Virus record (IMG/VR): IMGVR_UViG_3300022748_000034
Coordinates: 1 to 34,160 of that record
DNA length: 34,160 bases
Direction: 5' to 3' (one strand)
Origin: a virus
A program made the translations under genes and the position numbers. Below are positions 16,325-24,276 of this stretch, piece by piece. Positions within the stretch are counted from its first letter, which is position 1. Every line of letters starts with the position of its first letter. The notes beneath the pieces are model-generated. The model was given only the letters and a program-made list of their open reading frames with translations. It made no database searches and was not told the DNA's origin.

Positions 16325-17776
16325 ATGGCTGAACCGCTCGCAAAAGCACCAACTCCTAAACTGCCGACAGGTCGCTTGGGGTTTGAGGATGTCATGGGCG
16401 TCCAAAAACCTTACAGAGAAATGAAAGCCGAAATTGGCGGCATGTTGGGCGCGGCTGAGGCTGACATTGCTGAGTCCAAACAGCGTCAGGCTGAAATCAA
16501 GGCTGAGGGATTGGCTCAGGCCGGAGAGCGCAGAGCGGGTGCTGAGCGCATGGCTCAAGAGCGTTTTGAGACAAAAATGCGCGAGGAGCCGCTGCCCGCA
16601 TTTGTGCCGACCAAGGACACGATTCAGGACGTTGCCGCGCTGTTTTCTTTGATTGGTGTCATCGGCATGGTTGTTGGCGGCGGCGGCAAGGGGAATGCGC
16701 TTGCTGCACAGGCAGCCATGAACGGAATGCTTGACGGTTGGCAAAAGGGCCGCAGCGACCTGTACAGCCGTGAGCGCAATGAGTTTGACAAGAACTTCAA
16801 GGCAATGGTTGCCAAGCACAACGAATTCCGCAAAGAGATGGAAGACGCTGTGAAGCTGGCGCAGACCGACTACAACGCAGGATTGCAAGCCGCTGAGCTT
16901 GCCGCAGCCAAGGCTGGCAGTGAAGTTGTCCAGGCGCAGCTACGCAAGGGCGAATTTCTGAATGCGTACAACGTGGTCAACGAGTCTCAGGCTGGTGTGA
17001 CCAAAGCTATAGAGTTTGAGCAAAAGGCTAGGCAAGAAGAAGAACGTCAGCGGCAGCGTGAGCTTGACCGTCAACAGCGTGAGGCGGCTGCTCAACAGCG
17101 TCATCAAGAAGCTATGGCTCGGCTGGAAGCGGCTGACCGCCGGTTCTTAGCGGCACAGACAGCTAAAGCAGAAGCCGGTGAAAAGAAAAAAGAAGGCAAA
17201 CCGCTGTCAGATAAACAGGTCACGACGATTGAGGGCATGGATTCTTTGGCATCTGGCCTTGAGAAGCTCAAGCGTGATTTCAAACCGGAGTTTGCAAGTC
17301 TCGGCGTCATGGGATTTGGCGCTGATATGGAGCTTGAGGCTCGCCGCCGACTTGGTGACGAGAAGGGTCGCCAGCTAGTCAAGTGGTGGTCGGAGTACCA
17401 GCGTCTGCAAGCGCCGAACCGTCACGCATTGTTTGGGGCTACGTTGACCGGCAACGAATTGAAGAACTATCAATCGTTCACGGCTAAGCCGTCTGACAGT
17501 CCTGATGTTGTCAAAGACATGCTGCAAAGCCAGATTGACTACGCAGGAAGCACTGCTGACTCCCGCAGATTGGCGTTTGAGCAAGCCGGTTACCGTGTGC
17601 CGGATGTCAAGCCGAGAGACTTCTCAAGCACCTATGGTGGCGGCGCTGGCGCGGCTCCCGCAGCCGGAGTTGATGTGGCTCAAGAGCGGTCGGCAGCAAA
17701 GGCTGCTATTGCGGCGGGCAAAGATGAAGCCGCCGTTAGAGCCAGATTCAAAGAGCGCACTGGACAGGAGCTGTAA
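16325..17776 (+). CDS. Internal virion-type protein
   Basis: 483 aa with GGAGT SD. Has a TM-like segment (AALFSLIGVIGMVVGGGG) and long charged helices. Confidence 0.5.
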   Translation: MAEPLAKAPTPKLPTGRLGFEDVMGVQKPYREMKAEIGGMLGAAEADIAESKQRQAEIKAEGLAQAGERRAGAERMAQERFETKMREEPLPAFVPTKDTIQDVAALFSLIGVIGMVVGGGGKGNALAAQAAMNGMLDGWQKGRSDLYSRERNEFDKNFKAMVAKHNEFRKEMEDAVKLAQTDYNAGLQAAELAAAKAGSEVVQAQLRKGEFLNAYNVVNESQAGVTKAIEFEQKARQEEERQRQRELDRQQREAAAQQRHQEAMARLEAADRRFLAAQTAKAEAGEKKKEGKPLSDKQVTTIEGMDSLASGLEKLKRDFKPEFASLGVMGFGADMELEARRRLGDEKGRQLVKWWSEYQRLQAPNRHALFGATLTGNELKNYQSFTAKPSDSPDVVKDMLQSQIDYAGSTADSRRLAFEQAGYRVPDVKPRDFSSTYGGGAGAAPAAGVDVAQERSAAKAAIAAGKDEAAVRARFKERTGQEL

Positions 17777-19851
17777 TGAACGGCTACGAAGACCTACCAG
17801 AAAAACAGAAATCTGCTGACCCATACGCAGACCTTCCCTCTGCTCAGATTCCTACTGGTGGCTACCCAACTGTCCCGCCTGGACAACCAGCGGGTGAGCC
17901 AAAGTTTCTTGAAAAAGCCACGATGTATGCGACGGCTGTGCCCGCCGCTGGACTTGTGTCACAAGCACTAAAGCTAGGTACTCGCGGCACTCAAATGGCT
18001 CCGTACGCCTCGCGCCTTGCCGAAGCATTAACGCCAACCACTTTGCGTGGATTGACTACGGCGACCGGCGCTGCTGGTGCTACTGCTATTCCTGCTGAGG
18101 CGACCCGAGCCGCACTGGAGCGCCGTGGCGCTGGCCCAGGCGCACAAGCCTTTGGAGAAACACTGGCTGGCGCAGCGACCGGAGGTGTTGGCTATTTGGG
18201 GGCCACAGGGCGTCGGTTGGCTCAGCGTGCTTTGGGCGGTGATGTAAAGCGAGAGGCTGCTGCGCTTCAACAAAAGACGGCGCAACAGTATCAACCGGCT
18301 ATCTCTGCTGCTGAACAAGAACGCGAGAGGGCCGCAAGAGTTGTCAGCCAAATGGAGCGGCAGCCCACTGTTGCGGCTGAACGGGCAGCACAAGCACCGT
18401 TAACTGCTGAACAGCAGCAAGCCGCATTGCAAGCTGAGGTGCGTCAGCCCGTAAGAGAGAAGGCGGCAGCTCAGAGGGTTAGCGCAGAGGAAGCGGCTCG
18501 CACTGCTGCTACTGAGGCGCGAATTGCAGAGCAAACAACTGCGGCTGCTCAACAGGCCGTGAACAATCTTGAACAGCGTTTGATGGCTCAGCCGACCATG
18601 ACTGCTGAGCAGTTCGGCGCTGAGCTACGCAAAGCTACGCAAGCCTTGCAGCAGCGTCTGGTTCAGCAGAGGGCAGAAGGCGCACAGCTTGGACAAGTCA
18701 TTCGTGCGGCTGGTTCAGACCCGACTGTTGACACTGCAAAGCTGATTGCTCAGGCTAAATCTCTGGCGACCAGGAGCCGCAACCCTCAAGTTCTTGCCAT
18801 GCTGTCGGAGGTTGAGTCGCTCGCCAAGACGGGTGACAAAGCTGCGTTGAGCCTGGAGCAAGTGGATTCGCTGCGGAAGTATCTGAACAAAGACATTATC
18901 AGCAAGTTCTTTGCTCAGACCGGCGCAGACAAGGAAACGCTCAAAGCACTGCGTTCGCTCAGGACAGCGCTGATTGAGGAAACTCCGAAGGCTTACCGCG
19001 AGGCGTTAGGCCAGTGGCGCACGCTATCTAGGCCGCTTGACATTGTGGAGCGCCAAGGCTCGCTCAAGCGTGTGGTGGACATTGACCCTGTAAGCACGGC
19101 TGAGAAGCTGACCGAGGCCCAGGTTGTCGGCGAAATCATCAACAAGGCTCGCGCTGGCAACCCTGTGTTTGCGCGTCTGCTTGAGACAAACCCGAACCTT
19201 AAAGAGTCTGCTCGCCTGTACTTCACGCAAGATTTGTTCGGCAAAGGCGTTGTGCCAACTCCGGCATCCTTGCGTACTTGGCTGACCAACAACGAGCGCC
19301 CGCTGCGCCAGCTCGGGCTGTATGACGAATTCAAGGACATGCGGCTTGCCAAGGAAGCTGCTCAACGGGCTGTTGATGAAGCCAAGCTGTCTGAGCGAGT
19401 GGCAACTCAGGTTGCGGCAGAAACCGGCAAAGAGGCAACGGCAGCCAGAAAACTGAGCGAGGAGTCTCAGCGTCGGCTGGAGTCGGCATTGAAGACCCGC
19501 GTTGGCCCTGCGCCAAAAGCCCCGGCTGGTGCGCCGATTCAGACGTTTATCCAGACGCGAGAGAAGCAAGCAGAGGCCGTGCAGTCGCTGACCAAGATGC
19601 AGACTGACATCAATGCAGCCAAGACGCCCGCAGAAATCCAGAAGTCTGTCGCTACCGCTGCAAACGATTTGCTCAAGCGAGGCATCATTGATGACGCTGG
19701 CTATCGCACCATGCTCAGGGATGTAGAGCGCCTGCAATCTATGACTGACGCTCGTGACAAGGCTCGTAAGATTATTGGGTACTTTGCCGGACTTGCTGGC
19801 ATTGGGTACTTGGGACGCAGGACAGCGGAATCCATCGTTGAAGGAAGGTGA
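17776..19851 (+). CDS. Internal virion-type protein (largest)
   Basis: 691 aa. Start overlaps the upstream stop (TAATG). Ala/Gln/Glu/Arg-rich helical protein with a C-terminal hydrophobic segment (IIGYFAGLAGIGYLG). Confidence 0.5.
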   Translation: MNGYEDLPEKQKSADPYADLPSAQIPTGGYPTVPPGQPAGEPKFLEKATMYATAVPAAGLVSQALKLGTRGTQMAPYASRLAEALTPTTLRGLTTATGAAGATAIPAEATRAALERRGAGPGAQAFGETLAGAATGGVGYLGATGRRLAQRALGGDVKREAAALQQKTAQQYQPAISAAEQERERAARVVSQMERQPTVAAERAAQAPLTAEQQQAALQAEVRQPVREKAAAQRVSAEEAARTAATEARIAEQTTAAAQQAVNNLEQRLMAQPTMTAEQFGAELRKATQALQQRLVQQRAEGAQLGQVIRAAGSDPTVDTAKLIAQAKSLATRSRNPQVLAMLSEVESLAKTGDKAALSLEQVDSLRKYLNKDIISKFFAQTGADKETLKALRSLRTALIEETPKAYREALGQWRTLSRPLDIVERQGSLKRVVDIDPVSTAEKLTEAQVVGEIINKARAGNPVFARLLETNPNLKESARLYFTQDLFGKGVVPTPASLRTWLTNNERPLRQLGLYDEFKDMRLAKEAAQRAVDEAKLSERVATQVAAETGKEATAARKLSEESQRRLESALKTRVGPAPKAPAGAPIQTFIQTREKQAEAVQSLTKMQTDINAAKTPAEIQKSVATAANDLLKRGIIDDAGYRTMLRDVERLQSMTDARDKARKIIGYFAGLAGIGYLGRRTAESIVEGR

Positions 19852-19854
19852 ACC

Positions 19855-19995
19855 ATGAAAGAAACCAAGCAAGAACGCGAGGCCCGCAAGGGTGGCGAGA
19901 ACGAAGTGCGCGGCAGCATTGACGCTCAGCGTGCCCTGAAAAAACCGCCGCTCAAGCTCACCAAGCGCATGGACGCACGCAAGCCCAAGAGGTAA
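19855..19995 (+). CDS. Small basic protein (46 aa)
   Basis: AGGAAGGTG SD. Translation MKETKQEREARKGGENEVRGSIDAQRALKKPPLKLTKRMDARKPKR. Below the track cutoff. Confidence 0.45.
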   Translation: MKETKQEREARKGGENEVRGSIDAQRALKKPPLKLTKRMDARKPKR

Positions 19996-19998
19996 GCC

Positions 19999-20136
19999 AT
20001 GCCACTGAAGAAAGGTTCTAGCCCCAAGACCATCAGCGCCAATATCCGGCGTGAGATGAAGCGCGGCAAGCCTCAGAAGCAAGCCGTTGCCATAGCCCTT
20101 TCTAGCGCCCGCAAGTCGCGCAAAGGCAAGCGATGA
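19999..20136 (+). CDS. Small basic protein of the MPxKKGSSxKTISxNI type (45 aa)
   Basis: Translation [46 protein letters not shown] recognise this conserved small-protein pattern from other phages. Its stop overlaps the next ATG (ATGA). Confidence 0.55.
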   Translation: MPLKKGSSPKTISANIRREMKRGKPQKQAVAIALSSARKSRKGKR

Positions 20137-20345
20137 GCAAGAAGAACAAGGGCATCAACCCCGAGCTTGAGAAGCACATTACGCAGCTTCTCGCCGCCGT
20201 GATGTCCGACCCGACAGCATCCATCACCGAGAAGATGAAGGTGGTTGACCGCGCTCTAAAGCTAGAAGCCCTCAAGCAGAAGGCTGACATGGATGAGTGG
20301 GGCAGCGGCTTCCTCGACGGGGATGACGACGAGGATAGCAAGTGA
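20133..20345 (+). CDS. Hypothetical protein with acidic C-terminus (70 aa)
   Basis: ATGA-coupled. Ends in [12 protein letters not shown]. Confidence 0.6.
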   Translation: MSKKNKGINPELEKHITQLLAAVMSDPTASITEKMKVVDRALKLEALKQKADMDEWGSGFLDGDDDEDSK

Positions 20346-20377
20346 TATGATTATCCCGTTACATCAAGAGGGTAATC

Positions 20378-20617
20378 ATGGATGCACAGATTTTGAAGTT
20401 TGTTCGCCTAGCGTTAGAGGTCATCTCAGACCGCTTGGTCACGCTGTTTGGCCTATCAATGTCCTTTGCACTCGGCTGCTGGACGATGTGGGGGCCGGAG
20501 TGGGAGCGCGTGGCGACACTAGCAATTTTTGTGGTTTTCGCGTACCTTACTGTACGAGCAAAGGAGAAGCGCAATGCAGTTCATTCCGAAAGTGAAATCG
20601 GTCAGCCCCAAGGTTGA
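20378..20617 (+). CDS. Two-TM membrane protein (79 aa)
   Basis: Hydrophobic segments LVTLFGLSMSFALGCWTMW and VATLAIFVVFAYLTV. Confidence 0.55.
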   Translation: MDAQILKFVRLALEVISDRLVTLFGLSMSFALGCWTMWGPEWERVATLAIFVVFAYLTVRAKEKRNAVHSESEIGQPQG

Positions 20618-20789
20618 AATCGGCACTGGCTTGATTCAGGGCAAGCTCTGCCCTCCTGGTGAGCATTACTCCGGTAGCTTGCCGTCTGGTGGCTTCCAGG
20701 CTGTTTGGAACTTCAAGAACAATCAGCCCAACAATTATTTCACCCGTAAAGAGTCGCCTACTTCTGGCGGCGGCAAGAAGGTGTACTAA
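20574..20789 (+). CDS. Hypothetical protein (71 aa)
   Basis: ATG 20574 is preceded by AAGGAG (20561-20566). The track start 20529 lacks an SD. Overlaps the previous gene by 44 nt. Confidence 0.5.
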   Translation: MQFIPKVKSVSPKVEIGTGLIQGKLCPPGEHYSGSLPSGGFQAVWNFKNNQPNNYFTRKESPTSGGGKKVY

Positions 20790-20791
20790 TC

Positions 20792-21118
20792 ATGGGAATC
20801 ATGGCCTTCACCCCGATGGGGAACACGGTCACGTTCCTCGCGGCAGCCACGCCCCCGACCCCTGTTCAGGCTTTGTCCAAGACGGTTGGCGGCACTCAGT
20901 ACCGAATCCATAACACCGGCAACGTGGTGGTCTACATTGGCTTTGGCGACACGGCTAATGCTGCGACCACGATGGCTAACACAGCCATTGCCGGACTGAC
21001 ATTCACGATGGTTCCGAATTCGGTGGAAGTCTTCACCCTGAACGGAAATCAATACTTTACAGGCGCAACCGCGACCGGCACTGCTCAGGTCTACATCTCG
21101 CCTGGGGATGGTTCCTGA
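20792..21118 (+). CDS. 108-aa beta-rich protein, paralogue of 10982-11311
   Basis: See 10982-11311. Conserved GNTVTF, TP(T/P)PVQA, GG(N/T)QYR and Y(V/I)(T/S)PGDG blocks. Confidence 0.65.
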   Translation: MGIMAFTPMGNTVTFLAAATPPTPVQALSKTVGGTQYRIHNTGNVVVYIGFGDTANAATTMANTAIAGLTFTMVPNSVEVFTLNGNQYFTGATATGTAQVYISPGDGS

Positions 21119-21624
21119 TGGCATTCCGAGTAGCTGGCCCCGTCGCAAACGTCGCCCCCGTCTTTGTCGGCGGCGGCTATGGCTGCTTTGTCAGTACCGC
21201 AAACCAAACCAACGGTGGCGCAACAGTAGCCAATCAGGTTGCGCTTGACACGCAGATTGATGGCATCAGCGGGATGACCAACAGCAGTGGCACGATTACG
21301 TTCACCACTGCTGGCGTCTATCAGGTGGTCATTGAGCTGTTCTTCACTTCGACCACTGGAGCCAACCCGACCATCAGCCAGTGGATTACAGTTAACGGAA
21401 CCAACGTCGCCAACTCTTGCCAAGACTTCCAGTTGCTCGGCGGCGCAAACACAACGCAAGCGAGTAGCTGTGTGTTCCATGTGAACGTGCTGGTCGGCGA
21501 CACGCTCAGGTTCTATTGGCATTCCTCGAATACCAACGTCAGCCTTGCCTACCAAGGCACAAAGACTAGCCCGACCCGTCCTGCGTCACCTAGCGCCATC
21601 ATTGCTATCCAGCAGATAGCATAG
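21118..21624 (+). CDS. C1q/TNF-like jelly-roll protein, candidate receptor-binding protein
   Basis: 168 aa. The pattern SSGTITFTTAGVYQVVIELFF ... WITVNGTNV ... SSCVFHVNVLVGDTLRFYW ... AIIAIQQIA matches the strand pattern of C1q/BclA-type fibre heads. The start overlaps the upstream stop (TGATG). Confidence 0.45.
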   Translation: MAFRVAGPVANVAPVFVGGGYGCFVSTANQTNGGATVANQVALDTQIDGISGMTNSSGTITFTTAGVYQVVIELFFTSTTGANPTISQWITVNGTNVANSCQDFQLLGGANTTQASSCVFHVNVLVGDTLRFYWHSSNTNVSLAYQGTKTSPTRPASPSAIIAIQQIA

Positions 21625-21642
21625 GAGTGAGTCATAGACCCG

Positions 21643-22002
21643 ATGACCATTCTTGCTGCGTTCGGGCCTCTTGCTGTTGACCTCGGCAAAAGCCTGATTG
21701 GTCGGTTCATCCAGACGGATGTCTACAAGCCGGTCAACATCGACGAGTACGCCAAGATGAAACAGGTGGACATCGACCTGTTCAAAGCCATGAACGAGGC
21801 CGGTGGCGCTAACCCTTCCTACCCCTGGGTTGAAGCTATCGTGCGTCTGATGCGCCCCGGCGTGGCCCTCATCGTGCTTGGCACATGGGCTATCCTCAAG
21901 CTGAACAACCAGCCGAGCGACGCTGTGGATAACTTCGCGGCGGCTGTGGGTTTCTACCTGTTCGGCGACCGCACCCTGTTCTACTCCCGCAAGGTCAAAT
22001 GA
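21643..22002 (+). CDS. Holin (putative, multi-TM)
   Basis: 119 aa. Hydrophobic segments (ILAAFGPLAVDL, GVALIVLGTWAIL, FAAAVGFYLFG). ATGA-coupled to the endolysin gene. Its layout resembles the 3-TM holins linked to gene-transfer-agent release. Confidence 0.5.
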   Translation: MTILAAFGPLAVDLGKSLIGRFIQTDVYKPVNIDEYAKMKQVDIDLFKAMNEAGGANPSYPWVEAIVRLMRPGVALIVLGTWAILKLNNQPSDAVDNFAAAVGFYLFGDRTLFYSRKVK

Positions 22003-22337
22003 GCCTCGCTGATGAGCAAGCTGCCTTCCTTCTGGATGCGTGCAAGCTCATAGGGTTTGCCACTAGCAAGGGCTGGACAGTCACTGGCGGCGAGTTGTTC
22101 CGCACCCAGGCTCAACAGGAGATTTACTTCCAGCAGGGCAAGACTCAGACGATGAACAGCAATCATCTGAGAAGGCTTGCCATAGACCTGAACTTCCTGA
22201 AGAATGGACAGCCAGTGTGGGACAAAGCGCAGCTGGCTGATGTAGGTGCGTATTGGGAATCTTTACACCCGAAAAACCGGTGGGGCGGCAACTTCAAGAC
22301 GTTGCCGGATGTGCCCCATTTTGAGAGGAACGTCTGA
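21999..22337 (+). CDS. Endolysin, peptidase M15 (VanY/L-alanyl-D-glutamate peptidase type)
   Basis: 112 aa. Has Zn-ligand motifs SNHLRRLAID (H-x6-D) and DVPHFE, plus RTQAQQ and WGGNF blocks typical of small M15 endolysins. Confidence 0.8.
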   Translation: MSLADEQAAFLLDACKLIGFATSKGWTVTGGELFRTQAQQEIYFQQGKTQTMNSNHLRRLAIDLNFLKNGQPVWDKAQLADVGAYWESLHPKNRWGGNFKTLPDVPHFERNV

Positions 22338-22570
22338 TGGCAAGCAAGAAGAAAGGCCCGAACCTATCTGTCGGCAGAGGCGAGAAGCTGTCTGTCAAGA
22401 AGGGTGGTGGCTTGACCGCTAAAGGCCGAGCCAAGTACAACAAGGCGACCGGCTCCAAGCTGAAGGCTCCTACCAAGTCAGGGCCGCGTCACAAGTCTTT
22501 CTGCGCTCGCAGCAAGAACTGGAAGGGTGAGCGCGGCAAGGCTGCTCGCAAGCGTTGGGGATGCAGATGA
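22337..22570 (+). CDS. Small basic protein (77 aa), GGLTAKGRAKYN type
   Basis: Translation MASKKKGPNLSVGRGEKLSVKKGGGLTAKGRAKYNKATGSKLKAPTKSGPRHKSFCARSKNW... I recognise this conserved phage small-protein pattern. Confidence 0.6.
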   Translation: MASKKKGPNLSVGRGEKLSVKKGGGLTAKGRAKYNKATGSKLKAPTKSGPRHKSFCARSKNWKGERGKAARKRWGCR

Positions 22571-22713
22571 AGAAGACACCGAAAGCCAAGCGCGGCCTGT
22601 ACTACAACATCAACAAGCGTCGCAAGGCAGGGCTGCCAGCGAAGCGCCCCGGTCAGAAGGGATACCCGACTGCCGAGGCGTTCAGACGTTCCGCTAAGAC
22701 TGCGAAGCGTTAA
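22567..22713 (+). CDS. Small basic protein (48 aa), GLYYNINKRRKAG type
   Basis: ATGA-coupled. Translation MKKTPKAKRGLYYNINKRRKAGLPAKRPGQKGYPTAEAFRRSAKTAKR. Its stop overlaps the stop of the convergent gene (TTAA at 22710-22713). Confidence 0.5.
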   Translation: MKKTPKAKRGLYYNINKRRKAGLPAKRPGQKGYPTAEAFRRSAKTAKR

Positions 22714-23456
22714 GGCGCGGGAATCGGCCCACCTTCAAACAGGTAGGAACCGAAGTGACCCAGGCGTACCCAGGGTGCGCCGTGAATCTTGAAGCCAGCT
22801 TTGCGAGCAATCTTGCAGAACGCATAGTCCTCGCTCAGCAGACGCTTCTCCTCCGGGTCAATGAACACCGGGAAGAACTCATGTATCTCATCCCTGGCAA
22901 GTTTGCCGTCAGCGGTTGAGACATCGTTCGTGTAGGTCGGCACAGTGTCCTTGAGTGTCTCAATGACTTTGCGCTTGATGAGCATGAAGCCCGTACCCCC
23001 GGCTGCAATTTCACACGGCTTATCCACAGGCACAGTGACCATGCCCTTGTTGTCCCCAATCAGGTTGACCACCATAGCGCCCGTGTAGTTCGTGAGCTGG
23101 TCAAACGGCACGTTGCCCTGCGTGGCTGCTGCATGGACGTTGTACCAGTTAATTTCCTTCTTTGGGTACAGACCGCAGATGATGTCCTGGTCAGCCTCCA
23201 GCATCGAGAAGATGTCGTGAGGATTGAACCGGATGTCAGCATCAATGAACATCAGGTGCGTGGCATCCTCGCGCTTGAGGAACTGGTGAGCCAGCAGGTT
23301 GCGTCCGCGCTGGATAAGCGACTCATTGAACAGGAACGAGAAGCTGACGTTCATGCCCTTGTCCCGAGCCAGTGTCGGCAACTGTACGCAGGACTGCGTA
23401 AAGAAGCCGGTGCATTGCCCGCCATACATCGGCGTAGCGATAAAGATGTGTGTCAT
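22710..23456 (-). CDS. Glycosyltransferase (GT-A fold, GT2-like)
   Basis: 248 aa. Has IATPMYGG at the N-terminus, a DxD motif in LMFIDADIRF and GGTGFMLIKR. No TM segment. Last gene of the early block. Confidence 0.55.
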   Translation of the reverse strand: MTHIFIATPMYGGQCTGFFTQSCVQLPTLARDKGMNVSFSFLFNESLIQRGRNLLAHQFLKREDATHLMFIDADIRFNPHDIFSMLEADQDIICGLYPKKEINWYNVHAAATQGNVPFDQLTNYTGAMVVNLIGDNKGMVTVPVDKPCEIAAGGTGFMLIKRKVIETLKDTVPTYTNDVSTADGKLARDEIHEFFPVFIDPEEKRLLSEDYAFCKIARKAGFKIHGAPWVRLGHFGSYLFEGGPIPAP

Positions 23457-23800
23457 TCGATAGTCTCTATGGTTACGAGGATTCGGCCACCGGAGACTTG
23501 CTGACCTCTGAGGATGTGTAGGTCATCCACCTGGAAGTCATCGTTAAAGACTCCCGCTTCCTGCAAGCTGTCCAGCACGCACTTGATGCGGTTGTCTAGG
23601 TCAATCTTGCGCTTGTCCCTCGGCTGAAGAATCATGGTTATCTTCAATTTGGCATCCCCGAATTTGGGTATGTTGTTCTCGCTGACGTACTCAGCCACGG
23701 CTAACTTGTACTCACGCCCCTTCTGAGACAGCACAGTGTGCCCTCGGAAGTTGCGCCAGTAGGTGTTGACGGATGGCGGGTACGGCAGCGTGAGCAGCAT
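23453..23800 (-). CDS. rusA: RusA-family Holliday junction resolvase
   Basis: Has LTLPYPPSVNTYW ... LSQKGREYK ... IDLDNRIKCVLDSLQEAGVFNDDFQVDDL. ATG 23800 overlaps the stop of the upstream peptide gene (TGATG). The track start 23848 is a GTG inside that gene. Confidence 0.8.
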   Translation of the reverse strand: MLLTLPYPPSVNTYWRNFRGHTVLSQKGREYKLAVAEYVSENNIPKFGDAKLKITMILQPRDKRKIDLDNRIKCVLDSLQEAGVFNDDFQVDDLHILRGQQVSGGRILVTIETIE

Positions 23801-23949
23801 CAGAAGCAGTTGGTGGTGCAGTTGCTTCCGTAGCAGCGGGTGGTACACATAACGGTTCTACCGTTCACAAAGTAGGTGTGCGTGGTGCAGTTTGCCCAAA
23901 CGAGAGAGGCAACGGTTGCAAGCCAAATACCGATAAGAGCTTTCTTCAT
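23800..23949 (-). CDS. Secreted Cys/Thr-rich mini-protein (49 aa precursor)
   Basis: AGGAGA SD lies 6 nt before ATG 23949. Translation MKKALIGIWLATVASLVWA|NCTTHTYFVNGRTVMCTTRCYGSNCTTNCF has a Sec-type signal peptide with a VWA cleavage motif. The 30-aa mature part has 5 Cys. Not in the ORF track (<60 aa). Confidence 0.55.
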   Translation of the reverse strand: MKKALIGIWLATVASLVWANCTTHTYFVNGRTVMCTTRCYGSNCTTNCF

Positions 23950-23958
23950 GTCAATCTC

Positions 23959-24276
23959 CTAGAAAGGAATGTCCTCGTCGTTGTTGCGACGGCGAGGGCC
24001 GGTGGTGTTTGTACGAGCCGTGACCTCCCTGGGCGCATTCTCCTCAATCTTCTTCATCTTGAGGAAGTCATCTTCCTTGAGGCTCAGCAGTGTGGTGTTC
24101 CTGCTGGTTGTCTTGGCCCAGGCTGCTAGCTTGAGCTTCTCTCCGGCTGCGTAGTCATGCTTCAGAATGATGAAGCCCTTGTAGTCGGGAGCTTTGTCAG
24201 ACCGCCGCTGAGACTCATCCTCCCAATACATGACGCCGGTTCCAGGCCTCTCTCGGTGAGGGTTACCGTTAGACAT
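23959..24276 (-). CDS. Small SSB-like protein with acidic DEDIPF C-terminal tip
   Basis: 105 aa from ATG 24276; the track start 24399 runs through the HTH gene in another frame. The C-terminus ...RRRNNDEDIPF copies the bacterial SSB tail (E. coli DDDIPF). It lies between the recombinase and rusA. Confidence 0.5.
   Translation of the reverse strand: MSNGNPHRERPGTGVMYWEDESQRRSDKAPDYKGFIILKHDYAAGEKLKLAAWAKTTSRNTTLLSLKEDDFLKMKKIEENAPREVTARTNTTGPRRRNNDEDIPF

Noticed and set aside
15621-16888. Minus-strand ORFs 15621-16352 (243 aa) and 16271-16888 (205 aa)
   Set aside because: Same reasoning: they are antisense to the Ala/Gln-rich late genes 15306-16319 and 16325-17776, with no translation signals.
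19024-20082. 352-aa minus-strand ORF overlapping the 691-aa internal protein gene and the small basic ORFs
   Set aside because: It is an antisense shadow of an Ala/Gln/Leu-rich gene whose codons rarely give stops on the opposite strand. It has no SD or coupling. The plus-strand genes show start/stop overlaps with their neighbours.
20792-21624. Diversity-generating retroelement targeting the C1q-like gene
   Set aside because: There is no reverse transcriptase ORF in the genome and I saw no template/variable DNA repeat pair. The paralogy with 10982-11311 is at the protein level only.
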